DNA of 64,000 nucleotides from an uncultured cyanobacterium (GTDB taxonomy: Bacteria; Cyanobacteriota; Cyanobacteriia; PCC-6307; Cyanobiaceae): the NCBI GenBank assembly GCA_963765575.1, contig CAVXWZ010000002.1:288001-352000 (forward strand), written 5' to 3'. The translations under genes were made by a program, and so were the position numbers. The number at the start of each line of letters is the position of its first letter. Position 1 is the first letter of the stretch. Under the pieces are notes generated by a model. The model saw only the letters and a list, made by a program, of their open reading frames with translations, searched no databases and was not told where the DNA came from. Shown here one piece after another: positions 19,593-29,649 of this stretch.

Positions 19593-20858
19593 CTAGGAAT
19601 CGTCGCCATCCAGCGGCAGCAACTCGCACACCAGGCTGACCAGGGCAGCCACCGCTCCCCCGCCGCCAGCCTTGCCGCGCAGGCGGCGCAGGTCCTGACG
19701 CAGGGCCTCCAGCCGCTCAGGGCGGGCCAACCAGTCGGCACTCTCGGCGGCGATCTCCGCCGGGGTGATCGCCCCCACCCGCTCGGGCACCACCATCCGG
19801 CCGGCGTCGATGTTCGGCAGGGCCAGCAGGTGCCGCCGCCGCAGCCGCCAGGCGGTGACAGCCAGGCCCAGCAATTGGCCCAGCCCCGGCAGCCGCGCCA
19901 GCCAACCCACCAGCCCGTCCCAGGCCCGCATCACCTCGGGATGCTGGGTGGGCAGCAGCACCAGCATCGGCACCGCCAGGGCAGCCAGCTCAGCGGTATT
20001 GGCGCCCACCGTGGTGAGGGCAAGGGCGCACTGGCGCAGGGGCCCCTCGGCCGGGGCTGAACGCGTGAGCTCGATGCGGGTGCCGGCAGGGGTGAGCAGG
20101 GCCTGGCCCTCCTGCTCCACCAATGCCGAAGGCCGCTGCCGGGGCACCCCGGCGCCATAGGCACCGGCGATGGGATTGCCGGCCCCGGCACTGTGCAGCA
20201 GCTCGGCCAGGCTGGTGGTGGGCGCCAGGGGCAGCAGGAATCGGCAGCCCGGCCGCAGCGCCGCCAGCCGATCGGCGGTCTCCAGCAGAAAGGGCACGCC
20301 CACCACCAACTTGGCCGGTTTGGACCCCGGCAGCAGGGCGACCCACTCGCCAGAGGGCAGGGGGCCGGCGTGGCGGGCCTGGTCGCCGGTCGCCGCCGCC
20401 AGGTCGCCCACCACCGTGCAGCGGCGGCGCCAGCGCGGGGCGAGGCGCTCGCTGACCCGCGGTCCCATGGCGGCGATGCGATCGTTCCAGCGCGGCCAGC
20501 GCGCCAGCCATTCGGCATAGGTGAGGTGCCGGTAGCCCAGCCGTGCCGAGAGCAGCACGGTCCAGAGCTGGTCGCCCCCCAGAAACACCACCACCCCCCG
20601 GCGGGGCCAGGGGCCCCGGGCGCCGGGCCGCAGCAGCAGGGACCAGAAGCGGCGGGCCGGCGTGATGCGCTCAAACAGCGACCAGGCCGCCGCCACCCGG
20701 TGCTCGCGACCGGTGCCGTTGGGGCAGGGCACCAGCACCAGGTGCAACGCGCCCAGCGCCCCTGGGCAGGTGGGCCGCAGCGCCAGCCGCCGGTGCAGCG
20801 CCTGGGCCAGGGGCCGCACCCAGGTGGCGAGTTCGCCAGGGCCGTTGCTCACCAGCAC
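19593..20858 (-). CDS. Lipid-A-disaccharide synthase-like glycosyltransferase (LpxB family)
   Basis: SNGPGEL, FLGGDQ, LLPGSKPAKL, TTVGANTAEL, ALPNI..VVPE motifs; start uncertain. Confidence 0.8.
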   Translation of the reverse strand: MLVSNGPGELATWVRPLAQALHRRLALRPTCPGALGALHLVLVPCPNGTGREHRVAAAWSLFERITPARRFWSLLLRPGARGPWPRRGVVVFLGGDQLWTVLLSARLGYRHLTYAEWLARWPRWNDRIAAMGPRVSERLAPRWRRRCTVVGDLAAATGDQARHAGPLPSGEWVALLPGSKPAKLVVGVPFLLETADRLAALRPGCRFLLPLAPTTSLAELLHSAGAGNPIAGAYGAGVPRQRPSALVEQEGQALLTPAGTRIELTRSAPAEGPLRQCALALTTVGANTAELAALAVPMLVLLPTQHPEVMRAWDGLVGWLARLPGLGQLLGLAVTAWRLRRRHLLALPNIDAGRMVVPERVGAITPAEIAAESADWLARPERLEALRQDLRRLRGKAGGGGAVAALVSLVCELLPLDGDDS

Positions 20859-20904
20859 GATGGCGAACGGTTCAGGCGTGGCGGCTCAGGGCTGAAGGAA
20901 AAAG

Positions 20905-20986
20905 TGCGGATGGCGAGACTTGAACTCGCAAGGCCGAAGCCACACGCCCCTCAAACGTGCGTGTCTACCAATTCCACCACATCCGC
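20905..20986 (-). tRNA. trnL: tRNA-Leu(GAG)
   Basis: GCGGATGTGGTGGAATTGGTAGACACG, anticodon arm CACGT-TTGAGGG-GCGTG, long variable arm, GTTCAAGTC T loop; CCA not encoded. Confidence 0.96.
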
Positions 20987-21139
20987 TGGTGTACCGGGCG
21001 GGACGCGGATCCAGCACCGGTTGGCGCGCCAGGGCGCGACGCCCCGCAATATACCCATCACCCTCCCCGGCGAACCCGGGGGCTGGTGTGTCAACGCTGA
21101 TACAGTCCGCTGCGGCCTGGTTGAACAGAGACGCGCCGC

Positions 21140-22492
21140 ATGCCCATCGGCAAGTTGCTGATCGCCAACCGTGGCGAGATCGCCCTGCGCATCCTGCGCA
21201 GCTGTCGTGAACTGGGAATCCCCACCGTGGCGGTGTACAGCACGGTGGATCGCAACGCCCTGCACGTGCAGCTCGCCGATGAAACGGTGTGCGTGGGCGA
21301 GGCGCCCAGCTCCAAGAGCTACCTCAACATCCCCAACATCATGGCGGCCGCCACCTCCCGCGGCGCCGACGCCATCCATCCCGGCTACGGCTTCCTGGCG
21401 GAGAACGACAGGTTTGCCGAGATCTGCGCCGACCACGGGATCACCTTTGTGGGCCCCTCGCCCGAGGCGATCCGCTCGATGGGCGACAAGTCGACGGCCA
21501 AGGCCACGATGCAGCAGGTGGGCGTGCCCACCATCCCCGGCAGCGAGGGCCTGCTGGCTTCGGTGGGGGAGGCCCGGGAGCTGGCCGACCAGATGGGCTA
21601 CCCGGTGATGATCAAGGCCACCGCCGGCGGGGGCGGGCGCGGCATGCGCCTGGTGCCCCACCCCGACCAACTGGAGAGCCTGTTCAAGGCGGCCCAGGGG
21701 GAGGCGGAGGCGGCCTTCGGCAACCCGGGGCTGTACATGGAGAAATTCATCGACCGGCCCCGGCACGTGGAAGTGCAGGTGCTGGCCGATCGCCACGGCA
21801 ACGTGGTGCACCTGGGCGAGCGCGACTGCACGATCCAGCGCCGCCACCAGAAGCTGCTCGAGGAGGCGCCGAGTGTGGGGATCGACGCCGATCTGCGCCG
21901 CCAGATGGGCGAGGCTGCGGTGGCCGTGGCCCGGGCCATCAGCTACGAGGGCGCCGGCACCGTGGAGTTCCTGGTGGACCGCAGTGGCCACTTCTATTTC
22001 ATGGAGATGAACACCCGCATCCAGGTGGAACATCCGGTCACCGAGATGGTCACGGGGGTGGACCTGATCGCCGAGCAGCTGCGCATCGCCGGCGGCGAGC
22101 CGTTGTCCTTGAGGCAGGAGGAGGTCCGCCTCTGCGGCCATGCCATCGAGGTGCGCATCAACGCCGAAGATCCGCGCCAGAACTTCCGGCCCGCCCCCGG
22201 CAAGATCACCGGCTGGTTACCCCCCGGCGGCCCCGGCGTCCGCTTCGACAGCCACGTCTACACGGGCTATGAAATTCCCCCCTTCTACGACTCCCTGATC
22301 GGCAAGCTGATCGTGTGGGGGGTGGACCGCGACCACGCCCTGCGACGCCTGCACCGGGCCCTGTCCGAGTGCGCCGTGACCGGCATTCCCACCACCATCG
22401 ACTTCCATCTGCACCTGATCGAGCGGCCCGAGTTCCAGGCCGGCGACGTGCACACGAAGTATGTGGAGGAGGACATGCCGCCCATGACCTGA
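21140..22492 (+). CDS. accC: Acetyl-CoA carboxylase, biotin carboxylase subunit
   Basis: [50 protein letters not shown]. Confidence 0.98.
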   Translation: MPIGKLLIANRGEIALRILRSCRELGIPTVAVYSTVDRNALHVQLADETVCVGEAPSSKSYLNIPNIMAAATSRGADAIHPGYGFLAENDRFAEICADHGITFVGPSPEAIRSMGDKSTAKATMQQVGVPTIPGSEGLLASVGEARELADQMGYPVMIKATAGGGGRGMRLVPHPDQLESLFKAAQGEAEAAFGNPGLYMEKFIDRPRHVEVQVLADRHGNVVHLGERDCTIQRRHQKLLEEAPSVGIDADLRRQMGEAAVAVARAISYEGAGTVEFLVDRSGHFYFMEMNTRIQVEHPVTEMVTGVDLIAEQLRIAGGEPLSLRQEEVRLCGHAIEVRINAEDPRQNFRPAPGKITGWLPPGGPGVRFDSHVYTGYEIPPFYDSLIGKLIVWGVDRDHALRRLHRALSECAVTGIPTTIDFHLHLIERPEFQAGDVHTKYVEEDMPPMT

Positions 22493-22518
22493 ACGGCCGG
22501 GCTGCCCGTCAGGCCGGC

Positions 22519-22839
22519 TCAGGCCAGCCCCTGAGCGCGCTGCAGCACCTGGGTCACCAGGCCCTGCTGCCCCACGAGCAATTCCCGCAGCAGGCTGATC
22601 AGCCCCACCCACACCACCGGCGTCACATCCACACCGCCGATGGGCTGGATCAGGCGGCGACTCGGCGCCAGCAGGGGCTCGGTGGGCCAGGCGATCAGGC
22701 GTGGCGCGCCCCGTTGCAGATCCACCTGCGGATACCAGGTGAGCACGATGCGGAACAGGAACAGCAGTGTCCACAGCGCCAACAGCACACCCAGCAGCAG
22801 GTGGATCCAGGCCAGGGGGGAGGTGGGCAGAGCCGTCAC
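22519..22839 (-). CDS. YggT family membrane protein
   Basis: RIVLTWYP, TEPLLAP.RRLI.PIGGVDVTPVV. Confidence 0.9.
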   Translation of the reverse strand: MTALPTSPLAWIHLLLGVLLALWTLLFLFRIVLTWYPQVDLQRGAPRLIAWPTEPLLAPSRRLIQPIGGVDVTPVVWVGLISLLRELLVGQQGLVTQVLQRAQGLA

Positions 22840-22930
22840 AAACCTCTAAGCATTCGTGCGCGCAGGGTAGGAAGCCGGGGCCCCTGCCTAGGATCACCGC
22901 CATCCATGAGCGTCCTCCAGCGGCCTCCCC

Positions 22931-23053
22931 ATGACCCCTTCCCTCGCCAACTTCCTGAGCAGCCTCGTGTGGGGCGCGGTGATCGTGGTGGTGCCGATCT
23001 CCATCGCCCTGGTGCTGATCAGCCAGACCGATCAGCTGGATCGCCGCAACTGA
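22931..23053 (+). CDS. psbX: Photosystem II protein PsbX (absent from the ORF track)
   Basis: Manual translation [40 protein letters not shown]. Confidence 0.95.
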   Translation: MTPSLANFLSSLVWGAVIVVVPISIALVLISQTDQLDRRN

Positions 23054-23112
23054 TCGCCAAGCCCCCCGCAGGCGCTGCCTAGAGTGGCTGCACGTTCCGC
23101 AGGGGATCGGTC

Positions 23113-24060
23113 GTGGTTAATGCCAGTCTGAACTGGGCCAGCATCGTTGGCATCGTGCTGGCGGTGGGTGGAGCGCTGCTCTACTTCATGCGCAACTTCA
23201 AGCCGGCCCTGGCGCGCGATTACGACGTGTTTTTCGCCGCGGTGGGCCTGCTCTGCGGGGGCATCCTGTTCTTTCAGGGCTGGCGCCTGGATCCGATCCT
23301 GCAGTTCGGCCAGTTTCTGCTGGCCGGCACCACCGTGTTCTTCGCCTACGAGAGCGTGCGTCTGCGCGGGGTGACCACCGAGCAGGCTCGCCGCTCCGCC
23401 TACTTCGACGACGATGAGCCGCTGCCGGCCCCGCCCCCCTACCGCCCGCGCGTGGGCGGCGGCAGTTGGGAGGGCGACGAGCCCGATCGCCTCGAGGAGC
23501 CCCAGCCCCTGCGCCGTCGCATTCCCACCCGGGGCTCCGTCGAGGAGGAGGACGACTTCTACCGCCCCCGCCGCCCCAGTCGCGCGGCCATCCCCGAACG
23601 GGCCGCCAGTCGCCGCCCCGGTGAGACCAGGGCCTCCGCCCCTGCCGGCTGGGACGACAGCGCCCGCGATTCCGCTCCTCCGTCGCCGCGCTACAGCGCT
23701 GGCCGGGCGAGCGGTCCCCCCGATTTCGGCGCCCGCCGCCGCGACCGCGCCGGCCAGGGCGAGGTGCGGCGGGGCAGCAGGCCCGTGGCCGCGGGCGACG
23801 CCATGCCCCGCTCCAGCCGCCGTGGCGGTGCCCCTGAGGAGGCCCCCGGTCCATCGCCAGCAGCGGCCGCCGCCAGGCCTGGCGTTCCCCAGGGATCGCC
23901 GATCCGCTCCCGCGCTGCCGAGGCCGGTGGCGTCAGCGACGCCGACTACACCCCGGTGAGCCGCAGCCAGGGCCAACAGGCACCGGCTTCCGGCTCTGGC
24001 GGCGCCCCTGCCCAGCGCTCCAGCAGCAGCCGCGACAATTCCTCCCGTTTCGACGACTGA
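23113..24060 (+). CDS. ycf66: Ycf66 family protein
   Basis: LARDYDVFF, GWRLDPILQFGQ, ESVRLR, then a disordered tail; follows psbX. Confidence 0.92.
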   Translation: MVNASLNWASIVGIVLAVGGALLYFMRNFKPALARDYDVFFAAVGLLCGGILFFQGWRLDPILQFGQFLLAGTTVFFAYESVRLRGVTTEQARRSAYFDDDEPLPAPPPYRPRVGGGSWEGDEPDRLEEPQPLRRRIPTRGSVEEEDDFYRPRRPSRAAIPERAASRRPGETRASAPAGWDDSARDSAPPSPRYSAGRASGPPDFGARRRDRAGQGEVRRGSRPVAAGDAMPRSSRRGGAPEEAPGPSPAAAAARPGVPQGSPIRSRAAEAGGVSDADYTPVSRSQGQQAPASGSGGAPAQRSSSSRDNSSRFDD

Positions 24061-24104
24061 TCGGCATGGACGGCGTTGACGCCTGAGTTGGGCCCAGTGG
24101 CCTG

Positions 24105-24653
24105 ATGGCGGCACGGCAGGTCGGGGCGACAGCAGCTTTTGTGCTCCTGGTGTTGGGCTTGTTAGCGGGCTGCGCCTCCGGACCTGGCCGCCAGGTGCGG
24201 GGCGGGGCTCCGGGGGGCGGCAATCGACTGGATCCGGCCCTCAGCGGCGACGGCCGCCTGCTGACCTCCGTGCAGGAGCAGGACGGGGAAAGCCGCTTGA
24301 TCCTGCAGCAGCTCCCCGACGGCGGCCGTCGGCCCCTGCGGCTGCGGCGCCGCCGGCCCCACAGCTCCCCCAGCCTGAGCTGGAATGGCCGCTACCTGGC
24401 CGTGCTGGTGCAGGAGGGCCCCCAGCGCCGGGTGGTGATTGAGGATCGCCTGCGCGGCCGCCTGCTGCGGCTGCCCCTGCCCCCCGGCAGCCAGCCCGAG
24501 CGCCTCAGCCTGGCGAGCGATGGCTCACGCCTGGCGGTGGAGCTGCTGCGCAACGGCCGCCGCGGGGTGGAGCTGTTTGATCTGCGCGGCCTGCTGGAGC
24601 CGGATCTGCCCCCTGGCCGGGTGGTGCTCGGCGGCGGAGCCGGCCAGCCATGA
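24105..24653 (+). CDS. TolB-like partial beta-propeller lipoprotein 1
   Basis: Lipobox LAGC; PD40-like repeats PALSGDGR, PSLSWNGR, LSLASDGS. Confidence 0.7.
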   Translation: MAARQVGATAAFVLLVLGLLAGCASGPGRQVRGGAPGGGNRLDPALSGDGRLLTSVQEQDGESRLILQQLPDGGRRPLRLRRRRPHSSPSLSWNGRYLAVLVQEGPQRRVVIEDRLRGRLLRLPLPPGSQPERLSLASDGSRLAVELLRNGRRGVELFDLRGLLEPDLPPGRVVLGGGAGQP

Positions 24654-25153
24654 GTCGCACCTGCGCCACCATCCGCCCCTGGCTTGGGCTGCTCAGCGCC
24701 GCGCTGCTGCTCGGGGGCAGTGGCTGCGGCGGCACCCGACCCCGGCCCCTGGTGTCCCTCAACCGGCAGCTGGCGCTGGAGGAGAGCGGCAGGGAGCCAG
24801 CCCTGGCCGGCCGCTGGCTGGCCCTGATCAGCGCGCGCCAGGGCCGGGATCGGGTGCTGCTGGTGGATGTGGAGCGGGGTGGGCAGCTACCGCTGCCGGG
24901 CCTCAACCGTCCCGATGCCCAGCCCCTGAGTGTGTCGATCGACGCGAGCGGGGAACGGCTGGCCGTGGTGCGGCAGGTGGGAGATCGCACCGAACTTGTG
25001 CTCTATCGGCGCTCCCAGGGGAGCCTGCGGCGGCTGCCGATCAACCCGGCCGGGGTGCCCGGGCGGGTGCAGCTGCGCGCTGACGGCCGCCAGCTGGCCG
25101 TGGAGGTGAGCCGCAACGGGGTCGGGCAGATCGACCTGATCAACCTGCCCTGA
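24650..25153 (+). CDS. TolB-like partial beta-propeller lipoprotein 2
   Basis: Lipobox-like GSGC; repeats PALAGR, VSIDASGE, VQLRADGR; ATGA overlap with the previous gene. Confidence 0.7.
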   Translation: MSRTCATIRPWLGLLSAALLLGGSGCGGTRPRPLVSLNRQLALEESGREPALAGRWLALISARQGRDRVLLVDVERGGQLPLPGLNRPDAQPLSVSIDASGERLAVVRQVGDRTELVLYRRSQGSLRRLPINPAGVPGRVQLRADGRQLAVEVSRNGVGQIDLINLP

Positions 25154-25156
25154 GCC

Positions 25157-25354
25157 TCACGGAACCAGCCCGGCCCAGCGCAGAAAGGTCTCGCCACTGA
25201 GGGCCTCGATCAGCAGTACGGCCGTGAACCCCACCATGGCGAAGCGTCCATTCACCCGTTCGGCGTAGGCACTCCAGCCGAAGGCGGGCACATCAGCGGT
25301 GGTGGCGCTGGTGGAGCTCAGCTCGGCCTCGGGGGAAGCGGCAGTGGAGGGCAT
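25157..25354 (-). CDS. hli: High light-inducible protein (Hli/Scp)
   Basis: FGWSAYAERVNGRFAMVGF chlorophyll-binding motif. Confidence 0.92.
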   Translation of the reverse strand: MPSTAASPEAELSSTSATTADVPAFGWSAYAERVNGRFAMVGFTAVLLIEALSGETFLRWAGLVP

Positions 25355-25358
25355 GGGA

Positions 25359-27347
25359 TCAGACATCGGCGCCGAAGACATAGCCGTCGGCCGGCAACAA
25401 CCGCCAGTGTCCCGCACCGTCGAGCTCCAGCACCGTGTTGTGGAACTCGGTGAGCGTGGGGCGGTGGCCCACACTCACAAAGGCGATGTCCCGTTGGCGC
25501 AACAGATCGTAGAGGTGGCGCTCTGTGGCCACATCGAGGGCACTGGTGGCCTCGTCGAGCACGACGATGCAGGGGGCGTTGAGCAACAGCCGCGCGAAGG
25601 CCAGGCGCTGTTGCTCCCCCAGCGAGAGCAGGCGGGGCCAGTCTTCCTTGATGCCGAGATCGGGGTAGCGGTCCACCAACTCCGGCAAACGCACCTCGCG
25701 CAGCACATGGCGGAGCTGTTCGTCACTGAAGCGGTCAGGCTGCAGGGGATAGCAGAGCTGCTCGCGCAGGCTGCCGAGCAGCATGTAGGGCTTCTGGGGG
25801 ATGAACAGCAGGTCGCCTTCGCTGGGCCGACGCACCTCCCCGGCGGCCGGGGGCCACAGGCCACTCACCAGCCGCAGGAAGGAGGTCTTGCCACAGCCCG
25901 AGGGTCCCACCACCAGCAGACGCTGATCCCGATCCACCTCCAGGCTGAGGTCGTGCACCAGCACGCGCTGGCTGCGGGGCGGCACCAGATCCACATGGCT
26001 CAGGTGGATGGAGTCGGAAGGCTCGGCGGGCAGGGACGCATTGCGACCGTTCTGCTGGGCGGCCTCGATGGAGATGGCATCCACCTTGCCCTGGAAGCCC
26101 TCCAGGCGGCTGATGGAGGCCGAGAAGGCTGCCAAGCGGTCGATGTTGTTGACGATGTAGCTCACCGAGAACAGCACCTGGGAGAAGGCGATGCTGGCCT
26201 GACCGAAGACCCCAAAATCCACCTCGCGGGCGAAGTAGATCGGTGCAATCACCAGCCACGGCAGGAAGCGGGAGAAATAATCGTAGGAGCGCTGAATCAC
26301 ACTGATCATCGCCTCCCAGATGATCAGGCGGTTGTAATTTTCGATCGCGCCGTCCAGCCGCCGCACCGCCTCCCGCGACTCCTGCTTCTCGCCCCGGTAG
26401 AAAGCAATCGATTCAGCATTGTCACGGATGTGAACGAGACCGTAACGGAAGTTGGCCTCCAGCTTGAGCTGCTCGTAGTTCAGCTTCACCAGCTTGCGAC
26501 TGGCAAACACGATCAGTGCGGTGCCACCCACCGAATAAACCAGTAGCAACAGAGCAAGCCGGGAGCTGATGCTCCACAGCACGATAATGAAGCTGAAGAA
26601 GGTGAGCAGTGCCGACAGGATCTCAACGGTGACAGTGAGGCTGAAGCCGGTGAAGCTGGCGGCGTCTTGGGAGATGCGCTGGTCGGGGTTGTCGATGTCC
26701 TCAGCTGATTCGTCGTTGGGATTGAGGATGTAATAGGCCCGGTTGCTGAGGTAGCGCCCGAGCAGGCGACCGCTGAGCCATTCGCGCCACAGCAGGCCGA
26801 GTTTGGGAATCAGATAACTCTGCAGGGCCCGGATCGGCAAGGCCAGCACCAGACAGAAGGCATAGATCCCAACGATCTTCCAGAAGCCGTCCTGGTCGAA
26901 CGCCACCAGGGAGTTGTCAACATTGCGGGCGATGAAACTGATGCCCACATTGATGCCGTTGATCACCAGGATCAGCAGCAGAATCACCCCCAGAATGGTC
27001 CAGGGCACCCAGCGACCCTGGCGCAACTTGCCCCGCATGGCCGCAAAACTGCCCAGGCCCGCCGCCATCAGCCCCATCACCACCACCCCCCAGGGGCCGC
27101 TCCAGAGGGCTGCCACCTGCTCCGGCACGCCGGGGAGGAAGCGACCACGCAGTTCCGGGATCAGGGCACCACTGAGGGCCACCACAGCGGTGAGCAGCAG
27201 CAGGGTCGCACCCACCACCACCGTCACAAGGGCGGCCACCAGCAACGGGAACTGCCACACCCTGGTGTCTTCCACCGGCAGGAAATAGGGCTGGGCCAGG
27301 CGCTGCAGCTTGCTCAGCTGGCTGCGGAGGGCCTTGAGGGGATTCAT
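25359..27347 (-). CDS. ABC transporter fused permease/ATPase (ABCD/YddA-like)
   Basis: DNPDQRISQD, AESIAFYRGE, GPSGCGKTS, LSLGEQQRLAFAR, LDEATSALD. Confidence 0.93.
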   Translation of the reverse strand: MNPLKALRSQLSKLQRLAQPYFLPVEDTRVWQFPLLVAALVTVVVGATLLLLTAVVALSGALIPELRGRFLPGVPEQVAALWSGPWGVVVMGLMAAGLGSFAAMRGKLRQGRWVPWTILGVILLLILVINGINVGISFIARNVDNSLVAFDQDGFWKIVGIYAFCLVLALPIRALQSYLIPKLGLLWREWLSGRLLGRYLSNRAYYILNPNDESAEDIDNPDQRISQDAASFTGFSLTVTVEILSALLTFFSFIIVLWSISSRLALLLLVYSVGGTALIVFASRKLVKLNYEQLKLEANFRYGLVHIRDNAESIAFYRGEKQESREAVRRLDGAIENYNRLIIWEAMISVIQRSYDYFSRFLPWLVIAPIYFAREVDFGVFGQASIAFSQVLFSVSYIVNNIDRLAAFSASISRLEGFQGKVDAISIEAAQQNGRNASLPAEPSDSIHLSHVDLVPPRSQRVLVHDLSLEVDRDQRLLVVGPSGCGKTSFLRLVSGLWPPAAGEVRRPSEGDLLFIPQKPYMLLGSLREQLCYPLQPDRFSDEQLRHVLREVRLPELVDRYPDLGIKEDWPRLLSLGEQQRLAFARLLLNAPCIVVLDEATSALDVATERHLYDLLRQRDIAFVSVGHRPTLTEFHNTVLELDGAGHWRLLPADGYVFGADV

Positions 27348-27413
27348 GGGGCAGATCTGTTAACGCCCATTCTCACCACCGCGGCGGACCCGCCGTGCCG
27401 GCCGGCCAGCCAC

Positions 27414-27779
27414 TCAACCCGGCGGCCAGGCCAGGGGGCGGCCGCCGATCAGGTGCACGTGCAGGTGAAACACGGTCTGGCCGGCCTCGGCACCGGAGTT
27501 GATCACGGTGCGGAAGCCGCTGAGACCCTGCTCCCGCGCCACCCGGGCCGCCACCAGCAGCAGATGGCCCAGCAGCGGGGCCTGCTCGGGGCCGGCCGCA
27601 TCGAGGCGGGTGATCGGTTCACGGGGAATGATCAGCACGTGCACCGGTGCCTGGGGCGCCACATCCCGGAAGGCCAGGCAGTGCGCATCGGCATACACCT
27701 GGTCGCAGGGGATCTCACCCCGCAGGATGCGCCCGAAGATCGTGTCGTTGGGGACCTGGGGCTGGTCGGGGGCTGCCAT
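27414..27779 (-). CDS. Histidine triad nucleotide-binding protein
   Basis: TIFGRILRGEIP, GQTVFHLHVHLIGGR..WPPG. Confidence 0.95.
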   Translation of the reverse strand: MAAPDQPQVPNDTIFGRILRGEIPCDQVYADAHCLAFRDVAPQAPVHVLIIPREPITRLDAAGPEQAPLLGHLLLVAARVAREQGLSGFRTVINSGAEAGQTVFHLHVHLIGGRPLAWPPG

Positions 27780-27844
27780 GGCGGCCGGGGGCAAGCGCTC
27801 TGAGGTGACGGGGGTGGCACTGGTGGAGCAGCGACCCAAAGCCG

Positions 27845-29392
27845 ATGTTGGCACGATGCAGCAGCGCTGCCCTGCTGGGGCTGGAGGCCCTCACGGTCAC
27901 CGTGGAGGTGGATCTGGGGCCCGGGCTGCCCGCCCTGCAGATGGTGGGCCTGGCCGGTGCTTCGGTGCAGGAGGCCCGCGAACGGGTGCGTTCGGCCCTG
28001 CGCCACAGCGGCTTCCGCGTGCCCCTGGGCCGCGTGGTGGTGAACCTGGCCCCCGCCGACCTGCGCAAGGAGGGCCCGGGCTTCGATCTGCCGGTGGCGC
28101 TGGGGTTGCTGATGGCCAGCGGCCAGCTGCCAGCTGAAGCCCTGCGGGGGGTGTGGAGCAGCGGTGAGCTGTGCCTCGATGGCCAGCTGCGCCCCGTGCG
28201 CGGGGTGCTGGCGGTGGCCTTGCGGGCCAGGGCCGAGGGGGCGCGGGCCCTGCTGGTGCCCGAGGCCAACGCCGCCGAGGCCGCCCTCGTGGAGGGTCTG
28301 GCGATCTGGGGGGTGGCGGATCTGGCGGCCGCCGTGGAGCAGCTGCGGCAACCGCATCACTTGCCTTACCAGGCCAGTCGCGCCGTCGAGGGCGCCAGCC
28401 AGGAGCGCAGCGGGCCCGATCTGGCGGATGTGCACGGCCAGCCCCATGGCCGCCGCGCCCTGGAGATCGCCGCGGCCGGAGGCCATCACCTGCTGCTGGT
28501 GGGGCCTCCCGGCAGCGGCAAGACGATGCTGGCCCGGCGCCTGGCGGGGCTATTGCCGCCGTTGCGCCGGCAGCAGGCCCTGGAACTCACCCGTATCCAC
28601 TCGGTGGCGGGGCTGCTGGGGGCGGGGGCAGGACTGATTGCCGAGCGGCCCTTCCGCTCACCCCACCACAGCTGCTCGGGGGCGGCGCTGATCGGCGGCG
28701 GCGCCATTCCCAGGCCGGGCGAACTGGCCCTGGCCCATCACGGCGTGCTGTTCCTCGATGAGCTCACTGAGTTCCGCAGCGGCGTGCTCGACCTGCTGCG
28801 CCAACCCCTGGAGGAGGGCGAGATCTGCATCCACCGGTGCCGTCAGCGCAGCCGCTTCCCCTGCGCCATCACCCTGGTCGGGGCCTCCAATCCCTGCGCC
28901 TGCGGCTGGTACGGCGACCCGCAACGGGACTGCCGCTGCAGCGAGGGCGAACGGCGGCGCTACTGGGGCCGCTTGTCCGGACCGCTGCTCGATCGCATCG
29001 ATCTGCAGGTGGTGATGCGGCGCCCCGAGGCCTCGGCCCTTGCCGCCCCCTACCGCCCGGGCAGCGCCGGGACAGCGGGCCTGGAAACCAGCACCCAGGT
29101 GGCCGAGCGGGTGATGGCCGCCCATCGACGCATGGAGCAGCGCAACCCCGGCGGCATCAGCAATGCCCGCCTCGCCAGCGGCGGGCTCCAACAGGTGCTC
29201 CACCTCGAGCCATCAGCCCTGGATCTGTGGGAGCAGGCGATCGGCCAGCGCAGGCTCACGGCCAGGGCAGGCGAGCGGCTGCTGCGGGTGGCGCGCACCA
29301 TCAGCGACCTCGACAACAGCGCCGGGATAAGCACAGCGGCTGTGGCCGAAGCGCTCACTTACCGCAGTTTCGACTCCCTGGACCAGGGCTGA
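27845..29392 (+). CDS. comM: YifB/ComM Mg-chelatase-like AAA+ ATPase
   Basis: NLAPADLRKEG, GPPGSGKTM, RPFRSPHHS, LAHHGVLFLDE, NPCACG, LSGPLLDRID. Confidence 0.95.
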   Translation: MLARCSSAALLGLEALTVTVEVDLGPGLPALQMVGLAGASVQEARERVRSALRHSGFRVPLGRVVVNLAPADLRKEGPGFDLPVALGLLMASGQLPAEALRGVWSSGELCLDGQLRPVRGVLAVALRARAEGARALLVPEANAAEAALVEGLAIWGVADLAAAVEQLRQPHHLPYQASRAVEGASQERSGPDLADVHGQPHGRRALEIAAAGGHHLLLVGPPGSGKTMLARRLAGLLPPLRRQQALELTRIHSVAGLLGAGAGLIAERPFRSPHHSCSGAALIGGGAIPRPGELALAHHGVLFLDELTEFRSGVLDLLRQPLEEGEICIHRCRQRSRFPCAITLVGASNPCACGWYGDPQRDCRCSEGERRRYWGRLSGPLLDRIDLQVVMRRPEASALAAPYRPGSAGTAGLETSTQVAERVMAAHRRMEQRNPGGISNARLASGGLQQVLHLEPSALDLWEQAIGQRRLTARAGERLLRVARTISDLDNSAGISTAAVAEALTYRSFDSLDQG

Positions 29393-29426
29393 GCCAAGCA
29401 GCGGCACTCAGCCGGGGAGGTGGGCT

Positions 29427-29597
29427 TCAGCGACGACGGCGGCGCTGCTGGGCCTTGCGCTTGTACTTCTCGGTGGGGGTTTCGTGGTGCCGCAGCCGCT
29501 TGAGGTCGGCAAAGATGCCGGCCCTGGACACCTGGCGCTTGAAGCGGCGCAGGGCCGACTCGATGCCTTCGTTTTCGCCAACGGTGACCTGGGTCAT
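29427..29597 (-). CDS. rpsU: 30S ribosomal protein S21 (absent from the ORF track)
   Basis: Manual translation [56 protein letters not shown]. Confidence 0.97.
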   Translation of the reverse strand: MTQVTVGENEGIESALRRFKRQVSRAGIFADLKRLRHHETPTEKYKRKAQQRRRRR

Positions 29598-29649
29598 GAA
29601 GCTGGGTTCATCTCACGGAGCTTGCCAAGCTAGCAACCGGGCTTGCCTT

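Noticed and set aside
20905..20986. tRNA-Leu (and tmRNA) as island integration sites
   Set aside because: Both are flanked by host-like genes, and I found no duplicated 3' ends or adjacent integrase in the window.
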